From the NCBI GenBank assembly GCA_002737315.1, contig NSIH01000002.1, forward strand, positions 2,430-66,429: 64,000 nucleotides of DNA, written 5' to 3'. Both the position numbers and the translations under genes were made by a program. Below the pieces are notes generated by a model that saw only the letters and a list, made by a program, of their open reading frames with translations, searched no databases and was not told the origin of the DNA. The DNA is from Flavobacteriales bacterium. Its GTDB lineage: Bacteria; Bacteroidota; Bacteroidia; Flavobacteriales; Schleiferiaceae. Shown here piece by piece: positions 54,738 through 63,821 of the stretch; position 1 is the stretch's first letter, and every line of letters begins with the position of its first letter.

Positions 54738-55751
54738 TTATGGATTAGTAGGTTCTGGCGGACGGTTCTCGAGCTTGGGTGCTTTGGATGCAACGGCTGC
54801 CTGATCGCGTTGCCCTTCGTCGTCGTAGGCAGCAATTATTTTGCGCACCAAGGGGTGACGGACCACGTCGCGGCCGTCCAAAACCACGCGTCCGATACCC
54901 TCCACATTGGCCAAGAGCTTCAAGGCGTTGGGAAGCCCCGAACTTGCACGCGGCGGCAAGTCGGTCTGCGAAGGATCGCCGGTAACAATGAATTTTGACG
55001 ACGGTCCCATGCGGGTTAAAAACATTTTCATCTGCGAAGCCGTGGTGTTTTGGGCCTCGTCAAGAATCACAAAGGCCCGATCCAGAGTGCGTCCGCGCAT
55101 GTAGGCGAGGGGAGCGATTTCGATGGTTCCATTCTCGAGGTACTGCAGGAGGCGTTCGCTCGGAATCATGTCGCGCAGGGCGTCGTAGAGCGGCTGCATG
55201 TAAGGGTCCAGCTTCTCTTTCATGTCTCCGGGCAAAAAACCCAAGGACTCTCCGGCCTCCACGGCGGGGCGCGTGAGTATGAGCCGTTTGACTTCTTTGT
55301 TTTTGAGGGCGCGAACGGCTAAAGCCACGGCCGTGTAGGTTTTGCCGGTTCCAGCGGGACCCATGGCAAAAGTGAGGTCGTTGGCCCCGACCGCATCCAC
55401 CATGCGCTGCTGGTTGGCGGTCCTCGCCTTGATGACGTGGCCGTTGACGCCGTGCACAATGACCAAGTCGCCCTCGCTCATTCCCTTCAAAATAGAGGTT
55501 TTGTCGTCGAGCACAATGCGCTCCATCTGGGGCAAGGTTAGTACGTTAAACTTGCGAACGTGCCGAAGGAGCAGGTCGAGTTTTTCTTCAAAAACACTAA
55601 TGTCTTCGGGGGATCCGTTGAATTTTATAAGGTCGCCGCGAGCCACGATACTCAGCTTGGGATAATAGGACTCCAGCTGTCGCATCAGGGCATTCTGCTC
55701 CCCGTACAGAACTCGGGGGTCGACGTCATCGAGTTGGACGGTGCGCTCCAT
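54738..55751 (-). CDS. phoH: PhoH family ATPase
   Basis: 337 aa from the ATG at 55751. Walker A GPAGTGKTYTAVALA and PhoH-like sequence throughout. Confidence 0.85.
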   Translation of the reverse strand: MERTVQLDDVDPRVLYGEQNALMRQLESYYPKLSIVARGDLIKFNGSPEDISVFEEKLDLLLRHVRKFNVLTLPQMERIVLDDKTSILKGMSEGDLVIVHGVNGHVIKARTANQQRMVDAVGANDLTFAMGPAGTGKTYTAVALAVRALKNKEVKRLILTRPAVEAGESLGFLPGDMKEKLDPYMQPLYDALRDMIPSERLLQYLENGTIEIAPLAYMRGRTLDRAFVILDEAQNTTASQMKMFLTRMGPSSKFIVTGDPSQTDLPPRASSGLPNALKLLANVEGIGRVVLDGRDVVRHPLVRKIIAAYDDEGQRDQAAVASKAPKLENRPPEPTNP

Positions 55752-55759
55752 TACTTTTA
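55752..55759 (+). promoter_or_regulatory. -7-like box TACTTTTA for the DUF62 gene
   Basis: 7/8 fit to TAnnTTTG, 19 nt before the ATG at 55779. Confidence 0.3.
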
Positions 55760-55765
55760 CAGCTT

Positions 55766-55773
55766 CAAAGGTA
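55766..55773 (-). promoter_or_regulatory. -7 promoter box TACCTTTG for phoH
   Basis: Exact TAnnTTTG on the minus strand, 14 nt before the ATG at 55751. Confidence 0.4.
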
Positions 55774-55778
55774 CATCT

Positions 55779-56579
55779 ATGGCCGTCATCACCCTCACCA
55801 CCGACTACGGTTGGCGCGATCCCAACGCCGCCGGCTTGCGCGGACGTGTCTATGGCGAAATGCTCCAAACCGGCACGGTAGCCCCGGTCGTAGACTTGAC
55901 CCACAGCATTCAGGCGGGCAACCTTAACGAGGCCGCTTACATTCTGCGCGGAGCCTACCGAGATTTTCCTGCGGGCAGCATTCACCTTGTGCTAGTGAAC
56001 AGCATCTTTTGGCCCGAAACGCCCCTGATCTATTGCTTTTTAGACGGTCAGCACTTTTTGGGCCTTGACAATGGACTGTTCTCCATGCTGCGGCCGGACC
56101 TTCAGCCAAGTTCTCTAATTCTGATCGACCTTAAAAACCGACTGGACTGCACTAGCGCAGAGGCATTACTAGCCGCTGCGGCGGCGCACCTTCTCGACGG
56201 AGGCAGCCCCAGCCTGCTCGGCCCCCCAGCAAGCGACTGGGCTCGTAGAGCCACACTCCACCCTGAAGTCCGCAGCGAGAACAGCGCCCTTATTCACGTG
56301 CAGTTTGTAGACCACTTTGGCCAGCTGGTAACCGACGCAGACCAAGAATGGATTCAGCGTTGGTCGCATTCTCGGCCGATTGAAACGAGCATCCGCGGGC
56401 AAAAAGTAAGTAAATGGTGGGGTCTCAACCGGCTCACCGCAGGAGATTTGTACTTTAGGTACAACCGCTACGGCTACCTTGAAATCGGAATGAACGAGGG
56501 CAGCGGCGACAAGGCCCTTGCGGCCGCCCGTCTCCTTGGAGTCCAGGCCGGAGACGCCATAGAACTCCGTGCCCTGTGA
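55779..56579 (+). CDS. SAM hydroxide adenosyltransferase family protein (DUF62, chlorinase/fluorinase-like)
   Basis: 266 aa from the ATG at 55779, starting MAVITLTTDYGWRDPNAAGLRG (the TDFG/TDYG N-terminal hallmark of DUF62). Confidence 0.7.
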   Translation: MAVITLTTDYGWRDPNAAGLRGRVYGEMLQTGTVAPVVDLTHSIQAGNLNEAAYILRGAYRDFPAGSIHLVLVNSIFWPETPLIYCFLDGQHFLGLDNGLFSMLRPDLQPSSLILIDLKNRLDCTSAEALLAAAAAHLLDGGSPSLLGPPASDWARRATLHPEVRSENSALIHVQFVDHFGQLVTDADQEWIQRWSHSRPIETSIRGQKVSKWWGLNRLTAGDLYFRYNRYGYLEIGMNEGSGDKALAAARLLGVQAGDAIELRAL

Positions 56580-56890
56580 GCGGTTCGCGCCCACTGACCC
56601 GCATCGTTCACCTGCAGGTTGCCTTGCCGCACCGCGTGGAATTTGAAGCCTATGTTGCGCAAAAAATCCGCATCGTAGCCGAGCAAGCCGGATGCCTGAG
56701 CGCCCAGTGGCTGCGGGCCCAGGACGGTAGTTATTTTACCTACAGCCAATGGGAAAATGAGGATTTTCTCGAAGGCTATCGCCAATCGGCCACTTTTGTC
56801 GAAATTTGGGCCACGTTAAAGGCTTGGTTCGACGCTCCCGCGCGCGCTTGGTCCTGCGACCTCATTACGGAACATCCATGCTCAGTCTAG
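56576..56890 (+). CDS. antibiotic biosynthesis monooxygenase (ABM) domain protein
   Basis: 104 aa with the ABM ferredoxin-like fold pattern (AGCLSAQWLRAQDGSYFTYSQWENEDFLEGYRQS). The GTG start overlaps the DUF62 stop (GTGA). Confidence 0.55.
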   Translation: MSGSRPLTRIVHLQVALPHRVEFEAYVAQKIRIVAEQAGCLSAQWLRAQDGSYFTYSQWENEDFLEGYRQSATFVEIWATLKAWFDAPARAWSCDLITEHPCSV

Positions 56891-59310
56891 CCCGCCGCGA
56901 ATTCGCCTCCTTCTTTCAGTCAGCCACGGGGGTGCTTGTTTTAAGCGTTTATCTCGGACTTAATGCCGTTTTTTTATGGCTTATGCCCGGGAGCTTTCAC
57001 TTGCTCGACAGCGGCTACGCCCAACTGGACGGACTCTTTATGCTCTCGCCTTGGGTATTTCTGTTCCTGATTCCCGCCCTAGCAATGCGCATGCTGGCCG
57101 AAGAACGGCGCGCCGGAACCTTGGACTGGCTCCGTGCCAAACCCCTGAGCACCTGGAACATTGTGCTGGGAAAGTGGCTCGCCGGCATGGCCCTGCTCGT
57201 CCTTGCCCTGCTACCAACCCTATTGTACGCCGCTTCCCTCTATGTTTTAGGGAATCCCGTGGGCAACCTCGACTTGGGCAGTACCGCCGGGTCCTACTTG
57301 GGACTTCTGATTTTAGGGGGTTCCTATTTGGCTATTTCGCTGATGTTCAGCGCGAGCACCGACAATTCCATCGTTGCCTTTGTGGGCGGAGCCTCGGGCA
57401 GCCTTGCCATGTACGCCGGCTTCGATGCTTTTGTGGACCTTCCCAGTCTTGCCAATCGCGGACTTTACCTGCTGCAGTGGGGCATTAGCGAGCACTACAC
57501 CTCGATGAGCAGGGGCGTAATTGACGCCAACGACCTAATCTATTTTGGCGGACTCACCGCGGCCTTTTTGGCCGGAGCACGACTGCTGCTCGAGCCTCTG
57601 AAAAACTTCCGTACGGCCATGCCCATCGGGCTAGCCCTCGCGGCAGTGGCTCTAAGTACCTTCAGGCCCATTTTTTTGCGCCTCGACCTCACTGCCGACC
57701 AGCGCTACAGCCTGAGCGATGCCACCGAAGACCTTCTGAGCCAGGTCAAGGAGCCCTTGCTCGTCACGGTATACCTCGAGGGTGACTTTCCTTCGGGATT
57801 CCAGCGCCTCCAGGCCGAGACGATAAGGCTGCTCGACGAGTTCCGCGCCCGTAACGGCAAGGTCCGCTATGAGCTCATTAACCCGTCGGAGAACTCCAAT
57901 CCTCAGGTTCGCAGGGATACCTATACCCAGCTTCAAAACCTGGGCCTCGGAGCGATTCAGCTTGAAATTCAAGAGGCCGACGGCGTGAAGACGCAGCAGA
58001 TTTTTCCCGGAGCTGTAGTGAGCTACAACGAGCGCCAATGGCCGGTTTCGCTGCTGCTGGAGCAGTTTGCCCAGGCCCCTGAAGCCCAAATTAATGCCAG
58101 CATTCAAAACCTTGAGTACTCCCTTGCGGCAGCCCTGCGAGGCCTCATACAAACCGAACGCAAGCGGGTGGCATTTATTGAAGGGCATGGCGAATTGGCC
58201 GCCATACAAACGGCTGCACTAGAGCTCAACCTGCGCAAAAGCTACGAGGTAACACGCTTCAACATGCGCGAACTGCCCATTGACAGCAGCACAGGAGAGC
58301 CCTCTATTGCCATGCAGGCCCGGCGGCTCAACAGCTTTGACGGCATTGTCATGGCCAAGCCGCGAGAGTCCTTTACCGAACTTGACCGGTGGCTGCTCGA
58401 CCAATACCTAATGAACAACGGTCGAGCCGTTTGGATGATTGAGGCCGTTCATGCCGAAATGGACTCGCTGAGCTTTGCCTCGGAATTCCTAGCCTACCCG
58501 CAGCTGGACTTCATTGGCCTCAACGGACTGCTTTTCACCTACGGTGCTCGGGTAAATACCTCCCTTGCCACCGACCTTGTCTGCGCCGGAATCAACGACC
58601 AGCGCTCGGTGCGACCCTGGATATACTTCCCCTTGATGCTTCCACAATCGGAGCATCCCATTGTAAAAAACCTGAATGCGGTGCGCTACGAATTTGGAAC
58701 CACGCTGGACACCATCCGCGTACCAGGAGTTCAAAAGACGATTCTGCTGCAAACCTCGCCCTATTCTCGCCGCCGCCCCGCCCCAACTCAGGTTAGTCTG
58801 GCGGAGCTCTACAACGAACCGATTCGAAGCCTTTTCAACGAAGGGCCCTTGGCGACTGCCCTGCTGCTTGAAGGCCCGCTGCCCTCCTACTATGCCAACC
58901 GCATGGTTCCCAAGACCGAGCTTCCTGCCCCTCCGCTTGCGGCCAAAGACGCTAAGCTTCTGATTATTGGCGACGGAGACGTAGGAAAAAACCAACGCAA
59001 CATCATTCGGAACGATATTCCTCGGGGTGCCCCCCTCCCCCTGGGCTACGACCAATACACCGGCCAGCAGTTCGGCAATTCAGACTTTCTACTCAATGCA
59101 ATGGACTACCTGCTCGAAGGAAATGGCCTCATTTCGGTGCGCGGTAGAGACGTAAGCCTGCGCCTGCTGGATCGGCCCAAGGTGGACGAGCGCGCAGTAT
59201 TTTTTCAAAGCCTAAATTCGGTGGCCCCCATTGCATTGGTGCTGCTGCTGCACGCCCTATACCGCAAACTTCGCCAGCGCCGATTTGGCCGCGAAAATTC
59301 TGATTTATGA
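56878..59310 (+). CDS. gldF/gldG: gliding-motility ABC transporter permease GldF fused in frame to GldG
   Basis: 810 aa from the ATG at 56878. The first ~240 aa are an ABC-2 permease of GldF type (MLSLARREFASFF, MLAEERRAGTLDWL). From about aa 245 there is a TM segment followed by RLDLTADQRYSLS, which marks a GldG-type ABC auxiliary protein with a C-terminal TM. No stop separates the two parts. Confidence 0.8.
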   Translation: MLSLARREFASFFQSATGVLVLSVYLGLNAVFLWLMPGSFHLLDSGYAQLDGLFMLSPWVFLFLIPALAMRMLAEERRAGTLDWLRAKPLSTWNIVLGKWLAGMALLVLALLPTLLYAASLYVLGNPVGNLDLGSTAGSYLGLLILGGSYLAISLMFSASTDNSIVAFVGGASGSLAMYAGFDAFVDLPSLANRGLYLLQWGISEHYTSMSRGVIDANDLIYFGGLTAAFLAGARLLLEPLKNFRTAMPIGLALAAVALSTFRPIFLRLDLTADQRYSLSDATEDLLSQVKEPLLVTVYLEGDFPSGFQRLQAETIRLLDEFRARNGKVRYELINPSENSNPQVRRDTYTQLQNLGLGAIQLEIQEADGVKTQQIFPGAVVSYNERQWPVSLLLEQFAQAPEAQINASIQNLEYSLAAALRGLIQTERKRVAFIEGHGELAAIQTAALELNLRKSYEVTRFNMRELPIDSSTGEPSIAMQARRLNSFDGIVMAKPRESFTELDRWLLDQYLMNNGRAVWMIEAVHAEMDSLSFASEFLAYPQLDFIGLNGLLFTYGARVNTSLATDLVCAGINDQRSVRPWIYFPLMLPQSEHPIVKNLNAVRYEFGTTLDTIRVPGVQKTILLQTSPYSRRRPAPTQVSLAELYNEPIRSLFNEGPLATALLLEGPLPSYYANRMVPKTELPAPPLAAKDAKLLIIGDGDVGKNQRNIIRNDIPRGAPLPLGYDQYTGQQFGNSDFLLNAMDYLLEGNGLISVRGRDVSLRLLDRPKVDERAVFFQSLNSVAPIALVLLLHALYRKLRQRRFGRENSDL

Positions 59311-60323
59311 AATCTACGTTCAAACCCTTCTTTCGCCTTTCGGTATTTATTGGCCTCGCCCTTGTGGCCTTGGTGGCCTTCTTGATTTTGCGCGAGTCCC
59401 AAAGCAACGACGACCTGAGCCCCGAAGCCTACGATTTTGCCATAGCCGACACCGCATCCATTGACCGAATTGTTCTCTGGAACCGCAGCCCAGACACCGC
59501 CATTCTCACGCGCGAGTCGGGAATTTGGTTGATCAACGGCGCCCACCCAGCACGCCCAGACGCCATTGAGGTGTTGCTTGAAACGCTGTACCGCATAAGG
59601 CTGCGCGGATTTGCGCCCGATGCCGCCACCACCAATATTCTGTCGGCCATGTCGGTCTACGGAACGCACGTGGAGGTTTCAGCAGGCGGTAGCATCCTAA
59701 AGTCCTTCACGGTGGGCACGGAAACCCCCGACATGCTCGGCACCTACTTTTTGCGCGACGGCTTTGGTCGCCCGGTGGCCGTTCATATCCCTGGCTTTAA
59801 TGGGTTTTTAAGCAGTCGATTCTTCTTGCGCGACGACCTGTGGCGGCACCGGATACTATGGACCAGCACCGAAGCCGTGGAGGCCTTGAGCATCGAATAC
59901 TCGGACTCCTCCGCCGCAAACTTCTCGCTCGAGCAGCAGGGGGGAACCTGGATTCTAAATTCCAAAGGCAAGACGGAACCCACAGACGGAATGGCGGTTC
60001 AAGCCTTGATCAAGGCCGTGTATGCAAGCCAGTACGAGGGCGTTATTATTCCCTCTGACCTGGCCTACTCCCGGCAAGACAGCCTAAAGGCACTCCTGCC
60101 TCGAGTCCGTTTGAGCATCCGGCGAAGTGATGGCACCGTGAATACTATGGTTCTCTACCACGTTCCCGCCGACCCTGAAGCGGTTGATGACGACGGTCGT
60201 CCGCAAGAATTCGATCCGAACCGTTTTTATGCGTTTTTGGAGGACGGACGCATGGTTTTAGTGCAGCGATTCGGTCTTCAACACCTGTTGAAAAGTTCTC
60301 GCGCTTTGCGTGCTTCGAGGTAA
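59307..60323 (+). CDS. DUF4340 domain-containing protein (GldG-associated)
   Basis: 338 aa with an N-terminal TM segment. ATGA overlap with the gldFG stop. The position and sequence pattern match DUF4340. Confidence 0.6.
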   Translation: MKSTFKPFFRLSVFIGLALVALVAFLILRESQSNDDLSPEAYDFAIADTASIDRIVLWNRSPDTAILTRESGIWLINGAHPARPDAIEVLLETLYRIRLRGFAPDAATTNILSAMSVYGTHVEVSAGGSILKSFTVGTETPDMLGTYFLRDGFGRPVAVHIPGFNGFLSSRFFLRDDLWRHRILWTSTEAVEALSIEYSDSSAANFSLEQQGGTWILNSKGKTEPTDGMAVQALIKAVYASQYEGVIIPSDLAYSRQDSLKALLPRVRLSIRRSDGTVNTMVLYHVPADPEAVDDDGRPQEFDPNRFYAFLEDGRMVLVQRFGLQHLLKSSRALRASR

Positions 60324-60335
60324 TTACTTTGCAGT

Positions 60336-61457
60336 ATGAAGTTCATCGTTTCCAGCGGACAACTACTCCGCGCACTACAGACGGTTTCGGGCGTTATTCA
60401 GTCCAACCATACCCTGCCCATCCTCGACCACCTTCTGGTGGTTTTAGAGCCCAATAAGCTCACTATAACTGCCTCAGACCTTGAGACCACCATGACGACC
60501 ACCCTCGAAGTGGCGTCTGAATCCGATGCTACGGCCGCCATTCCTGCACGTATGCTCCTAGACACGGTCAAGAGCTTCCCCGAGCAGCCCTTGACCTTTA
60601 CCTTCAATCCAAGCGCCCACAGCTTAGAGGTCAGCAGCGATTCTGGCAAGTATGCGATTTCCTACATCGACGCGTCGGAATACCCCAAAGCGCCTGAAGT
60701 TGAGGCCTCGGTAACGGTGGAACTTCCCGCTCATGTGCTCAATACCGCAATTGCAAAAACTCTTTTCGCTGCGGGGAACGACGATCTTCGGCCCGTGATG
60801 AGTGGCGTCTTCTTTCAGCTCGCTCCCGACGGACTCACTTTTGTGGCCACCGACGCGCACAAGCTTGTACGCTACCGCCGCAGCGACTACGCAGCGCCCC
60901 AGACGGCAGAATTCATTATGCCCAAAAAGCCTTTGAACCTGCTCAAGGCAACGCTTGGAACCAACGACGACCTCGTGGAGATACGCTACACCGAGCAAAA
61001 TGCCCAATTTACCTACGACGGTGTTACGCTCACTTGCCGCCTGATTGACGGTAAGTACCCCAACTTTGAGGGCGTTATTCCCAAGAATAACCCCAACCGC
61101 ATGACCGTTGACCGTGGAGCCTTTACCGGCAGCGTGAAGCGCGTGAGCCTCTTTGCCAATAAGACTACGCACCAGATTCGCCTTAAGATGGCTGGCAACG
61201 AGCTATTTATTAGCGCCGAAGATCCGGACTTTGCCAATAAGGCCCACGAGCGTTTGGCCTGCAGCTACGAGGGGAGCGACCTCGAAATTGGTTTTAACAG
61301 CCGATTTATCGTCGAAATGCTGGGCAACATTGACAGCAGCTCTCTGGTATGGGAATTCTCAGCCTCCAACCGCGCTGGCTTGCTCTTTCCGGACCGCCCC
61401 AGTGAAGACGGAGAAGACTTGCTGATGCTGGTTATGCCAGTGATGCTCAACGCCTAG
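60336..61457 (+). CDS. dnaN: DNA polymerase III beta subunit (sliding clamp)
   Basis: 373 aa starting MKFIVSSGQLLRALQTVSGVI, with three-domain clamp-like sequence ending LLMLVMPVMLN. Confidence 0.9.
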   Translation: MKFIVSSGQLLRALQTVSGVIQSNHTLPILDHLLVVLEPNKLTITASDLETTMTTTLEVASESDATAAIPARMLLDTVKSFPEQPLTFTFNPSAHSLEVSSDSGKYAISYIDASEYPKAPEVEASVTVELPAHVLNTAIAKTLFAAGNDDLRPVMSGVFFQLAPDGLTFVATDAHKLVRYRRSDYAAPQTAEFIMPKKPLNLLKATLGTNDDLVEIRYTEQNAQFTYDGVTLTCRLIDGKYPNFEGVIPKNNPNRMTVDRGAFTGSVKRVSLFANKTTHQIRLKMAGNELFISAEDPDFANKAHERLACSYEGSDLEIGFNSRFIVEMLGNIDSSSLVWEFSASNRAGLLFPDRPSEDGEDLLMLVMPVMLNA

Positions 61458-61467
61458 GATTTTTGCC

Positions 61468-62115
61468 GTGAACCTCTTGGTCGTTGCCGACGTGCATGGG
61501 TGCTCCAGAACCCTAAAGGCGTTAGTGCGCGCGCGGTGGAATCCTCACGACGAATTTTTAATTTTTGTTGGAGACCTGGTCAACAAGGGACCAAAGTCTG
61601 CTAGGGTGGTAGAATACGTTCGCGAGCTACAAACGGAATATCCCTACAGCGTGTTTGTAGTGCGAGGAAACCACGAGCAAATGATGGTGGATGCCCACGA
61701 CAACCCCGTTCTACCGGAGCCGGCTTTTTTTGCGCGGTTTAAAAAAGACTTGTTAAAGCGTGGAATCTCCCTGAAAAAAACCATCGAGTGGATGCACCAA
61801 TTGCCCCTGAAGTGGGAAAACAAGTACGTCATGGTTACCCATGCGGGGATTGCACTGCATGCCCGAGATCCCTTTATAGCGGCCAATCTTCGGTCGGTAC
61901 TTCATAACCGGTCGGCGCTCAAAAATGTCGGCAAACTTCAAATTTTTGGCCACGTAATTCAAATGCCAGAGATTCCCAGGTTTTATCCGGCAGCGAACGC
62001 CTGGTGCATCGACACGGGTTGCTGGAGAGGAGGCGGACTCCATGCCCTGCGCCTCACGCGCACCGGTGAGGTTTTGGAGTTTCTGCGCGAACCGACCCAC
62101 ATCACCGACCTTTGA
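61468..62115 (+). CDS. metallophosphoesterase (PPP-family Ser/Thr phosphatase / ApaH-like)
   Basis: 215 aa with the motifs ADVHG, GDLVNKGP and RGNHE. GTG start. Confidence 0.75.
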   Translation: MNLLVVADVHGCSRTLKALVRARWNPHDEFLIFVGDLVNKGPKSARVVEYVRELQTEYPYSVFVVRGNHEQMMVDAHDNPVLPEPAFFARFKKDLLKRGISLKKTIEWMHQLPLKWENKYVMVTHAGIALHARDPFIAANLRSVLHNRSALKNVGKLQIFGHVIQMPEIPRFYPAANAWCIDTGCWRGGGLHALRLTRTGEVLEFLREPTHITDL

Positions 62116-62159
62116 ACTGGAATTTGTCGATTCATTCTGCCAAAAAACACCCAAGACCC

Positions 62160-63785
62160 ATGCCTAACGCCCTGTTTTCTGTACCCAAGGCCGTCAATGA
62201 GACGGTACTGAGCTATGCACCCGGAAGCCCAGAACGCGGCCGACTTTTGAAGACCTACGAGAAGATGCTGGGCGAAGAAGTGGATATTCCGATGTTTATC
62301 GGGGGCCGAGAGGTCCGAAGCGGAAGCCTTCGGGAATGCCGTCCGCCCCATGACCACCAGCGAGTAATTGGCCGCTACCACTGGGGAGGCAAGGAGCATG
62401 TCGAGCAAGCCATTGAGGCTGCGCTGGCCGCCCACGCCTCTTGGTCGTCCATGCCCTGGTTTGAACGCGCCGGAATTTTCTTGCGCGCGGCCGACCTCGT
62501 GAGTGGGCCCTACCGCGACAAAATCAATGCGGCAACCATGCTGGCTCAGTCCAAAACAGTGCACCAAGCCGAAATCGATGCGGCCTGCGAATTCGCCGAT
62601 TTTTTGCGCTTTAACGTGCAGTTCATGATCGAAATCTACGCCCAGCAGCCGGAGAGCTCGCCCGGAATTTGGAACCGCATGGAGTACCGTGCTCTTGAGG
62701 GATTCATCCTGGCCGTTACGCCTTTCAACTTCACGGCAATTGCCGGAAACCTTCCCTCTGCGCCCGCTCTGATGGGCAACGTGGCACTGTGGAAGCCTGC
62801 CGATACGCAGATCTATTCGGCATGGGTAATCATGGAAATCTTTCGCAAAGCGGGCCTTCCCGACGGAGTAATTAACCTGGTTTATACCGACGGTGCACTC
62901 GTGGGTGATCTCGTCTTTAAGCATCCTGACTTTGCTGGCCTGCACTTCACCGGTTCAACCAGTGTGTTCAAGCATCTGTGGAAGGAGGTCGGCGCAAACA
63001 TCGACCGATACAAGGCCTATCCGCGCATTGTCGGCGAAACGGGCGGCAAAGACTTCATTCTTGCCCACCCTTCTGCGGATGCAGCCGAAGTCGCCACCTC
63101 CATGAGCCGAGGGGCCTTCGAATTCCAAGGACAAAAGTGCTCGGCAGCCTCTCGTGCCTATGTGCCTGCCAGCATTTGGCCTCAGGTAAAGCAGCACCTG
63201 GTTGACGACGTGAAAAGCTTTAAGATGGGCAGCCCAGGGGATCCGTCCAACTTCATAACGGCGGTGATTGACGAGCGCTCCTTCGACAAAATTGTTTCCT
63301 TCATCGACTATGCAAAAAGTCAAAAAGACGCGGAATTGCTAATCGGCGGCGGACACGATAAATCCAAGGGCTACTTTATCGAAGCCACGGTAGTTGCCAC
63401 GACGAATCCGAACTTTCGCACGATGTGCGAAGAAATTTTTGGCCCCTTCCTTACCATTTTTGTTTACGAAGATGCCCAATGGAGCGAAACCTTGGACCTC
63501 ATCAACCGAACTTCAGAGTACGCGTTGACCGGATCGGTATTCTCTCGCGATCGGTATGCCGTAGACGAGGCAACCCGCCGTTTGGCCTTTGCCGCCGGTA
63601 ATTTCTATGTCAACGACAAGCCCACCGGAGCTGTGGTAGGCCAGCAGCCTTTTGGCGGTGCACGCGGATCAGGGACCAACGACAAAGCAGGGTCAATTTT
63701 GAACCTACTTCGCTGGGTTTCACCGCGTACGATTAAGGAAACTCTCGTACCGCCATCGAACTACCGCTACCCGTTTTTGGGATAA
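62160..63785 (+). CDS. pruA: L-glutamate gamma-semialdehyde (1-pyrroline-5-carboxylate) dehydrogenase
   Basis: 541 aa from the ATG at 62160. Aldehyde dehydrogenase motifs ETGGKDF and the catalytic Cys context FEFQGQKCSAASR, with a PruA-like N-terminus. Confidence 0.85.
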   Translation: MPNALFSVPKAVNETVLSYAPGSPERGRLLKTYEKMLGEEVDIPMFIGGREVRSGSLRECRPPHDHQRVIGRYHWGGKEHVEQAIEAALAAHASWSSMPWFERAGIFLRAADLVSGPYRDKINAATMLAQSKTVHQAEIDAACEFADFLRFNVQFMIEIYAQQPESSPGIWNRMEYRALEGFILAVTPFNFTAIAGNLPSAPALMGNVALWKPADTQIYSAWVIMEIFRKAGLPDGVINLVYTDGALVGDLVFKHPDFAGLHFTGSTSVFKHLWKEVGANIDRYKAYPRIVGETGGKDFILAHPSADAAEVATSMSRGAFEFQGQKCSAASRAYVPASIWPQVKQHLVDDVKSFKMGSPGDPSNFITAVIDERSFDKIVSFIDYAKSQKDAELLIGGGHDKSKGYFIEATVVATTNPNFRTMCEEIFGPFLTIFVYEDAQWSETLDLINRTSEYALTGSVFSRDRYAVDEATRRLAFAAGNFYVNDKPTGAVVGQQPFGGARGSGTNDKAGSILNLLRWVSPRTIKETLVPPSNYRYPFLG

Positions 63786-63821
63786 CTAGTTGCTAGTAAC
63801 CAGTAGCTAGTTACTTAATTA
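63783..63821. repeat. heptamer-built CTAG-rich intergenic element, copy 3 (TAACTAG TTGCTAG TAACCAG TAGCTAG TTACTTAATTA)
   Basis: Spans from the pruA TAA to the TAA (minus strand) of the convergent partial gene. Core AACCAGTAGCTAGTTA at 63798-63813. Confidence 0.65.

Noticed and set aside
61983-62945. 320-aa ORF on the minus strand, antisense to the metallophosphoesterase and pruA genes
   Set aside because: The sense strand has unambiguous aldehyde-dehydrogenase and phosphoesterase motifs. The antisense product is R/G/H-rich with no recognisable motif. Long stop-free antisense frames are expected in GC-rich DNA.
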